DNA of 64,000 nt. Origin: an uncultured cyanobacterium. GTDB taxonomy: Bacteria; Cyanobacteriota; Cyanobacteriia; Cyanobacteriales; CAWUOF01. The translations under genes and the position numbers were made by a program. The stretch is taken from assembly GCA_963744145.1 (NCBI GenBank), contig CAVUSO010000001.1, positions 5,152,001 to 5,216,000 on the forward strand. Direction: 5' to 3'. Of this stretch, positions 57,809 through 64,000 are shown piece after piece (the stretch's first letter is position 1; every line of letters starts with the position of its first letter). Below the pieces are notes generated by a model that was not told where the DNA came from, made no database searches, and was given only the letters and a program-made list of their open reading frames with translations.

Positions 57809-60544
57809 ATGACCGTAACCAAACCAACCCTTGCTAGTCAATACGACCCATTTACCACTGAAGCCAAGTGGCAAAAGTTTTGGGAAGAAAACCAGACTTT
57901 TAAAGCTAATCCAGAAAGCGGTGGTGAGCCTTACTGTATCGTCATTCCCCCCCCGAACGTCACCGGTAGCTTACACATGGGACACGCTTTGGAAATGTCC
58001 TTAATTGACGCGACGATCCGCTATCGGCGGATGCGGGGGTATAATACACTCTGCCTACCCGGAACTGACCATGCTAGTATAGCTGTCCAAACCCTGCTGG
58101 AAAAAGAATTAAAAAAACAGGGTAAAACTCGCTATGATATCGGACGAGAAAAATTTTTAGAACTGGCTTGGGACTGGAAAGCTGAATCGGGAAACACAAT
58201 TGTGAATCAGCTGCGACGTTTAGGGGTTTCCGTAGATTGGTCGCGAGAACGCTTCACTATGGATGAAGGATTATCGAAAGCAGTCTTAGAATCCTTTGTC
58301 CGTCTCTATGAAGAAGGGCTGATTTATCGTGGTGAATATTTGGTAAATTGGTGCCCAGCTTCCCAATCGGCAGTTTCAGATGTAGAAGTAGATAACCAAG
58401 AAGTTAATGGACATCTATGGCATTTACGCTATCCTCTTATTGATGGTTCAGGTCATTTAGAAGTAGCGACCACCCGACCAGAAACTATGTTAGGCGATAC
58501 AGCGATCGCTGTGCATCCAAATGACGATCGCTATCAACACTTAATTGGCAAAAAAGCCTTGTTGCCGATTATGAATCGGGAGATCATCATTATTGGTGAT
58601 GAATTAGTTGATCCCAAATTTGGCACTGGCTGTGTAAAAGTGACTCCCGCCCATGACCCGAATGATTTTGATATGGGTGTACGTCACCATTTGCCATTGA
58701 TCAATATTATGAATAAGGATGGCACTTTAAATGAAAATGCCGGGCCATTTATCGGTCAAGATCGATTTGTAGCACGTAAAAATATTGTTAAACTTCTGGA
58801 ACAAGAAGGTGTGCTAGTGAAGGTAGAAGAATATAAACATACGGTGCCCTACAGCGATCGCGGCAAAGTTCCGGTCGAACCGTTACTTTCTACCCAATGG
58901 TTTGTTAAGATCCGTCCCCTAGCCGATCAAGCCTTGCAATTTTTAGACGAACAAAATTCCCCTGTCTTTGTGCCAGAACGCTGGTCAAAAACTTATCGTG
59001 ACTGGTTAGTTAAACTAAAAGATTGGTGTATTTCTCGTCAACTCTGGTGGGGACATCAAATTCCCGCTTGGTATGTAGTCAGTGAAACTGGGGGTCAAAT
59101 TACAGAGCGCACCCCTTTTGTGGTAGCTCGCACGACCACCGAAGCTGAAGCAAAAGCTAAAGCTCAATTTGGCGAAAAGATCAAGCTCGAACAAGATCCA
59201 GATGTACTTGATACTTGGTTTTCTTCGGGCTTATGGCCATTTTCGACCTTGGGATGGCCCGAACAAACCTTAGAGCTAAAAACCTACTACCCTACTAATA
59301 CAATGGTAACAGGGTTTGACATCATCTTTTTCTGGGTAGCACGTATGACCATGATGGCTGGGCATTTTACCAAACAAATACCCTTCCAAGATGTTTATAT
59401 TCATGGATTAGTTTTGGATGAAAACGGTCAAAAAATGTCCAAAACTAAGGGGAATGGGATTGATCCCTTGGTGCTAATCGATAAGTATGGTACTGATGCG
59501 TTACGTTATACTCTAGTCAAGGAAGTAGCTGGGGCGGGTCAAGATATTCGCTTAGAATATAATCGGGAAAAGCATGAATCATTATCAGTAGAAGCAGCAA
59601 GGAATTTTACTAATAAACTCTGGAATGCGGCTCGGTTTGTGATGATGAACCTAGATGGACAAACACCGCAACAGTTAGGACAAGCGGAGCTAACCACATC
59701 TGAATTATGCGATCGCTGGATTCTGTCGCGCTATGAGCAAGTAGTACAGCAAACCTGTAAATATATTGATAATTACGGTTTAGGAGAAGCAGCGAAAGGA
59801 TTGTATGAGTTTATTTGGGGTGATTTCTGCGATTGGTACATTGAGTTGGTAAAACCACGGCTCCAATTAGAAATCTCTAGTCCATCTAGACGCTCAGTCC
59901 AGCAAATTTTAGCTGTGATTCTGGAGGGGATATTAAAACTACTCCATCCCTTCATGCCCCATATTACCGAAGAAATCTGGCAAACTCTAACCTTAGCACC
60001 TGTCGGTGCTACACTATCTCTCCAATCCTATCCCCAGGCAGAAATATCCCTCATTGATTCTGATTTAGAAGCAAAATTTCAATTCTTAATCGATCTAATT
60101 CGCACAATTCGGAATTTACGAGTGGAAGCAGAGGTAAAACCTGGGGCAAAGATCAGGCTAGTTTTGCAAACGGAAAGTGAATCAGAGCAAGAGATTATTA
60201 CCTCTGGACGGGGATACATTGAAAATCTAGTGAAAGTAGAACAATTAACGATTACTCGAATTTTAGAACCAGAAATAGAGCCGGCGATCGCTGGAGTTGT
60301 AGGTACAGTCCAAGTGTTAATTCCCCTAGCAGGAGTGGTAGATATTAGCGCAAGACGTACCAAATTAGAAAAAAGCTTGAGTAAGGTAGAAGCAGAAGCT
60401 AATACCCTTTCGAGTCGTCTGGGCAATTCCAAATTTGTGAATAATGCTCCAGTCGAGGTGGTGCAAGCAGCACAAGCTGCTCTAGTAGAAGCCCAAAAAC
60501 AGGTGGAAATTTTGCGCGAGCAACTCAGCCGATTGGCTGGTTGA
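57809..60544 (+). CDS. valS: Valine--tRNA ligase
   Basis: [30 protein letters not shown]-terminal coiled coil. Confidence 0.98.
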   Translation: MTVTKPTLASQYDPFTTEAKWQKFWEENQTFKANPESGGEPYCIVIPPPNVTGSLHMGHALEMSLIDATIRYRRMRGYNTLCLPGTDHASIAVQTLLEKELKKQGKTRYDIGREKFLELAWDWKAESGNTIVNQLRRLGVSVDWSRERFTMDEGLSKAVLESFVRLYEEGLIYRGEYLVNWCPASQSAVSDVEVDNQEVNGHLWHLRYPLIDGSGHLEVATTRPETMLGDTAIAVHPNDDRYQHLIGKKALLPIMNREIIIIGDELVDPKFGTGCVKVTPAHDPNDFDMGVRHHLPLINIMNKDGTLNENAGPFIGQDRFVARKNIVKLLEQEGVLVKVEEYKHTVPYSDRGKVPVEPLLSTQWFVKIRPLADQALQFLDEQNSPVFVPERWSKTYRDWLVKLKDWCISRQLWWGHQIPAWYVVSETGGQITERTPFVVARTTTEAEAKAKAQFGEKIKLEQDPDVLDTWFSSGLWPFSTLGWPEQTLELKTYYPTNTMVTGFDIIFFWVARMTMMAGHFTKQIPFQDVYIHGLVLDENGQKMSKTKGNGIDPLVLIDKYGTDALRYTLVKEVAGAGQDIRLEYNREKHESLSVEAARNFTNKLWNAARFVMMNLDGQTPQQLGQAELTTSELCDRWILSRYEQVVQQTCKYIDNYGLGEAAKGLYEFIWGDFCDWYIELVKPRLQLEISSPSRRSVQQILAVILEGILKLLHPFMPHITEEIWQTLTLAPVGATLSLQSYPQAEISLIDSDLEAKFQFLIDLIRTIRNLRVEAEVKPGAKIRLVLQTESESEQEIITSGRGYIENLVKVEQLTITRILEPEIEPAIAGVVGTVQVLIPLAGVVDISARRTKLEKSLSKVEAEANTLSSRLGNSKFVNNAPVEVVQAAQAALVEAQKQVEILREQLSRLAG

Positions 60545-60759
60545 TCAAGAATAGTTTACCGCCCAGATTGGTCTGATTAGTTAATTACTAATCATGATTA
60601 ACCGCAAAAGAGAGAAGCTCACATATTTAAAAAGTCAGGTTCTCTCTCGATTTCACCGCTGATTGAGCATCGTTAAAACCTAATATTTCCAACTGGAAAT
60701 AAATTATTTTAGCGATAATTCAATCCTTCCTTATACCTTAAATTCCGAGCAAAAAGGCG

Positions 60760-61434
60760 ATGTTATATTTAGCCCAGGTGCAAAAGAAAGGATTCTTAGG
60801 CAAACCTGCCGTGCGGTTGCTGGCTAGTCAAAAATCTGAAAATAACTGGGTTATTGTGACAGAGGAAAAAGTCGTTGAATGTCCACAAGCTACGACTTTT
60901 AGTGAAGGATTGCTGGTTTTAGCAGATGTTAATAATAATCGCCCAATTGTGATTAAAGATGCTACAGATTGGCTAGTGGATTTGGTAAAAAAATATCTGA
61001 CTGAAGATGCGACATCCCCTTTTTGGCAAGCTGAAAAAGAAAGAGCAGAACAATGGAGACAATCTTTAACTTTGCAAAGTCAAGATTTGGGTCGTCGTGC
61101 GATTGAAATTGAAGCACTACGGGAAAAAAATCAAGTTTTAGCAGATGAATTGAAAACTGAGAAAAAAGAAATTGATCAGATGACGCGATCGCTAAACATG
61201 AAACGTCAGGAAATAGAGCGTCTGGATGGAGAGTTCAAAGAACGAGAAAGAAAAGCGAGAGAGATTCTGAGTGCCCAAATGCAGGAAGTTAAACGTCAGA
61301 TTGAAGAAACTGAACGGTTGAGAAGTCGCAATAAACTATTAGAAGAAGAACTGCAACAATTAAAAAGTCAGCAATTAGAAAAAGTATCCAGATGGGAGCG
61401 TGAACCAGAACCACTTGATCCTTTTCAAACTTAA
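60760..61434 (+). CDS. Coiled-coil protein with HmpF-like N-terminus
   Basis: MLYLAQVQKK...LLA.Q; AEQWRQSLTLQSQDL; shorter than HmpF. Confidence 0.6.
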   Translation: MLYLAQVQKKGFLGKPAVRLLASQKSENNWVIVTEEKVVECPQATTFSEGLLVLADVNNNRPIVIKDATDWLVDLVKKYLTEDATSPFWQAEKERAEQWRQSLTLQSQDLGRRAIEIEALREKNQVLADELKTEKKEIDQMTRSLNMKRQEIERLDGEFKERERKAREILSAQMQEVKRQIEETERLRSRNKLLEEELQQLKSQQLEKVSRWEREPEPLDPFQT

Positions 61435-61566
61435 GCGTAGTTTTTACCTAATCAAGAATAGATAATCTAGAATATTAGCTGAGTTTCTAGTCATAGCAGC
61501 GAGGACAAGAATTATTGTAGGATAAAATAAACCTTAGTCTTTTCCTTAACTACGATTCACCTGAAT

Positions 61567-61941
61567 ATGATCAGCATTACATCGATAGAAATTGCTCAAT
61601 ATCGTTCTGAATTGTCCAATTATCCCCGCGCTTTACAAGCTTTGGATCTGATTGAAGATTGTGAGGGAGATTTGGAAGATGCAGCGATCGCAATGGCAAT
61701 TCAAGTGGGACAGGAACCGGATACATCTAATAATTGGTTAGAGGGATTAGCAAAAAGATGTCGGGTTGCGATTTGTGAAAAAGATTTGAGGGAAGATTTG
61801 TTAAATGGTAAATTAAGTACAGCGATCGCACATTTACAAACGACAAATCTTTGTCCTCCAATTTTAGCAACCCCTGTAGTTATTTATGCTGTTAAGACGG
61901 GAATCAATGATTTTTGTGAGCCTTTAGAGTTTAAACTGTAA
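61567..61941 (+). CDS. Conserved cyanobacterial hypothetical protein
   Basis: ALDLIEDCEGDLEDAAI motif; clean ORF. Confidence 0.7.
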   Translation: MISITSIEIAQYRSELSNYPRALQALDLIEDCEGDLEDAAIAMAIQVGQEPDTSNNWLEGLAKRCRVAICEKDLREDLLNGKLSTAIAHLQTTNLCPPILATPVVIYAVKTGINDFCEPLEFKL

Positions 61942-61963
61942 AGACTCGCATTGTGTAGTTTTG

Positions 61964-63565
61964 TTACACTTCATCCATTGCTAACATCTGAATCAGACGG
62001 GGTGTTCCTGGATCAAACCCAGCAATATCCCAAGATTTTGGATCTTTTGGATCAACTAAGGAGATATTGTAGGGAGCAAGTGCAATATAAATTGCTTTGG
62101 CATGGGGATTGATTTTATGGCGATATTCTGCTAAAGCTTGACTAGGATGTTTCTTTCCTGCCCAACTTTCACAATCAGTCCAAAAGCAAAATAGATCTGC
62201 TTTAAACTTGGTTTTAATTGCCCAATCGTAAGCGACAGATGCGTCAGTTCCACCGAAATTCTGGTTACTGGCTTTGGCGATCGCTTGACTAAAAGAATCC
62301 TGTGCGGTAATCTTTAAATCACGGAAATCAGTAGCAAAACCACGAATGACATAATTTTTTTCTGCTTTCGCAGTTGCTAAAGCCATGACGGTAGCAATTT
62401 CGCAACAAGTTAAGCCAATGGAACTAACAGTATTAAAGGACATGGAACCGGAAATATCAACAGCGTGTAAGAAAGTTTTCCCGGTTGGAGGAAGTACATC
62501 AAAAGCTAGTTCTAAGGCTTTCTCTAAGATATCAATAATCTGCCGAATTGGTTGCCAAGTTTTTTTACTCCGACCTAATTCTCCTCCTGATTGATAGGTT
62601 TTGATAGCTTTCAAGATGTCAATCGGATGAATCCGTCCTTTCTGTAAATGTTCCCGACTATTGAGTAACTTAGCAATACGCTTCAAATTAGACTGATGAT
62701 GAGTAGTTAAAACCTCTAATTGTGTTAATGATCCAAGATTTCGCAGCATCGCACCAATGGGCATTTCATTAAACAGCAATTGCCATGCTTTTTGATCCAT
62801 TTTACCTACAGGTGCAGCCATTTCATGGGTTAATCTTCCTTTCGCGATCGCTTCATGAGTTTTTTCTGGATGACGTTTTAACCATTCATACCACCAAATT
62901 TGTGCTAAGGGTTCAGCTGGAATTTTAGAGGGTAATTTATCCCATCCGTGCATTACCCACTTAAACAATTGATTATGGGTTTCAGTGATAGGTTTCACAT
63001 GAAATAAGCGCAACGCATCACGATGGGAAAAACCTTGACGTTGTTGGTATTTCAACAATTGATAAGCTAATTCTTGCACATTATCACGGGAAAACCAAGC
63101 TTTACCAGCTTCACGTACAATTTTACCAAAACCACGCATGGCTTTAGTGTAACCTAGCCATTCATAGAAATGACTACCAGTTCGTACTACTTGCAGAAAG
63201 ATTTCTCCAAAAGCTTGTTTAGCTTCTTGGGAATTGTCCATTGATAACAACACTAACGCAAATAAAGGGGCACTATTATTAATTGCGCGTCCATCACTAG
63301 CATAGAGAATTTCGGTAGCAACTTGGTTCGGATTAAGAGCGATCGCTTGTTTGAGGATTTCGACAAATTCGATCGTTAACTCATGTTTACCTGCATAATA
63401 GGTATTTTGAGCTGTACCAATTAACAAACAACGACGTAATACATTCCAAATATCAGCTTTAAACATCCAACCACCAGAACGTCCTGGAACCATTTCTGTT
63501 TCTCGACCAGGAATTGGTTGAGTCTGGGGGGTTTGATTTTTTACAAAAAACTTATAATTCATCAT
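61964..63565 (-). CDS. rsr: Ro60/Rsr ortholog (TROVE + vWA domain)
   Basis: RRCLLIG..TYYA, KYQQRQGFSHRD.LRL.H, A.LRNLG, RIHP, VDISGSM (MIDAS), GGTD, TD.E.W, GFD. Confidence 0.93.
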   Translation of the reverse strand: MMNYKFFVKNQTPQTQPIPGRETEMVPGRSGGWMFKADIWNVLRRCLLIGTAQNTYYAGKHELTIEFVEILKQAIALNPNQVATEILYASDGRAINNSAPLFALVLLSMDNSQEAKQAFGEIFLQVVRTGSHFYEWLGYTKAMRGFGKIVREAGKAWFSRDNVQELAYQLLKYQQRQGFSHRDALRLFHVKPITETHNQLFKWVMHGWDKLPSKIPAEPLAQIWWYEWLKRHPEKTHEAIAKGRLTHEMAAPVGKMDQKAWQLLFNEMPIGAMLRNLGSLTQLEVLTTHHQSNLKRIAKLLNSREHLQKGRIHPIDILKAIKTYQSGGELGRSKKTWQPIRQIIDILEKALELAFDVLPPTGKTFLHAVDISGSMSFNTVSSIGLTCCEIATVMALATAKAEKNYVIRGFATDFRDLKITAQDSFSQAIAKASNQNFGGTDASVAYDWAIKTKFKADLFCFWTDCESWAGKKHPSQALAEYRHKINPHAKAIYIALAPYNISLVDPKDPKSWDIAGFDPGTPRLIQMLAMDEV

Positions 63566-63569
63566 AATT

Positions 63570-63587
63570 TTCAGCCCGTCAGGACAA
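63570..63587 (-). promoter_or_regulatory. Ro60-site-like hairpin 4 nt upstream of the rsr start codon
   Basis: Minus strand TTGTCC-TGAC-GGGCTGAA can pair with a single bulged pyrimidine. Confidence 0.45.
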
Positions 63588-63604
63588 TTAAAAGTGTGGT
63601 AATA

Positions 63605-63731
63605 TGGTGTAGTGGAGCGGGAATTGCACCCGCATCTCGTCGATTAAGGGGGATGTCGTGTTACAGCGATAATCCTCAATCTGCGTCCCTTTCGGGCAAA
63701 AATTGCGCTTTACTATTAAGCTACCCACCAC
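63605..63731 (-). ncRNA. tRNA-shaped Y RNA candidate (YrlA-like, circularly permuted), 127 nt
   Basis: GTGGTGGG/TCCACTAC acceptor stem + A-CCA; D arm GCTT-AATAGTA-AAGC; T arm GCGGG-TGCAATT-CCCGC; about 70-nt insert instead of an anticodon arm; co-oriented 40 nt upstream of Ro60. Confidence 0.8.
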
Positions 63732-64000
63732 ATAAAAGGTACTTTTGACTTGTTACTGGTTTATTGTTTCTGTTGGTCTCCTTTGCTTTGATGAATCCAG
63801 ATTAAGCTGGTCAACTTCCCTGAAGCTAATTGTGCAAAAAAAAGCTAAAATCCATTGATAATTACTGTTTGAGACCTAGGGGAAGATCCTTGACTAGGGG
63901 ATTCCCTCAACTTTCTGATAACTTTTATAGGTCAATACTTTGGACACTTTTACGGTAAATCTAGAAACAACTGGTAGAGAGACTGGAATACTCAAGCTAT

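Larger units (their letters stand above)
1..64000. repeat. HIP1 octamer GCGATCGC dispersed throughout
   Basis: Dozens of occurrences in genes and intergenic DNA; cyanobacterial signature. Confidence 0.95.

Noticed and set aside
63605..63731. Ordinary tRNA, intron-containing tRNA or tmRNA
   Set aside because: No canonical 5-bp anticodon stem with 7-nt loop; insert is too short for a group I intron; no tag ORF; context next to Ro60 favours a Y RNA
63518..63748. 76-aa plus-strand ORF
   Set aside because: Antisense to the Y RNA candidate and rsr start; no protein features

Overview
This is a chromosomal segment from a cyanobacterium: it is AT-rich, dense in HIP1 GCGATCGC octamers, and carries XisH/XisI, Uma2 and Npun_F0813-like genes. 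1-15.2 kb holds an NHLP-type bacteriocin export module. Its HlyD 3' end and C39 peptidase-ABC gene are duplicated as a 2.44-kb direct repeat around an 8.9-kb block of toxin-antitoxin genes and fragments, secreted-protein genes and an HTH-STAND-TPR gene. 15.4-42.4 kb is mostly housekeeping and signalling: pgm, Hsp70-like, eda, three kinase-domain proteins, a PhoD-like protein, moeA, cobO and tRNA-Arg/Tyr/Thr. 42.4-57.6 kb is a type I restriction-modification locus whose hsdM, hsdS and hsdR are separated by accessory cassettes, MITEs and a nested IS. It is followed by valS and a Ro60/TROVE gene. The best candidate for an under-described system is the unannotated 127-nt tRNA-shaped RNA just upstream of Ro60. 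It reads as a Y RNA (YrlA-like) in circularly permuted, true-tRNA polarity with an encoded CCA, and a second Ro-site-like hairpin abuts the Ro60 start codon. All family calls come from visual motif recognition, not database searches.
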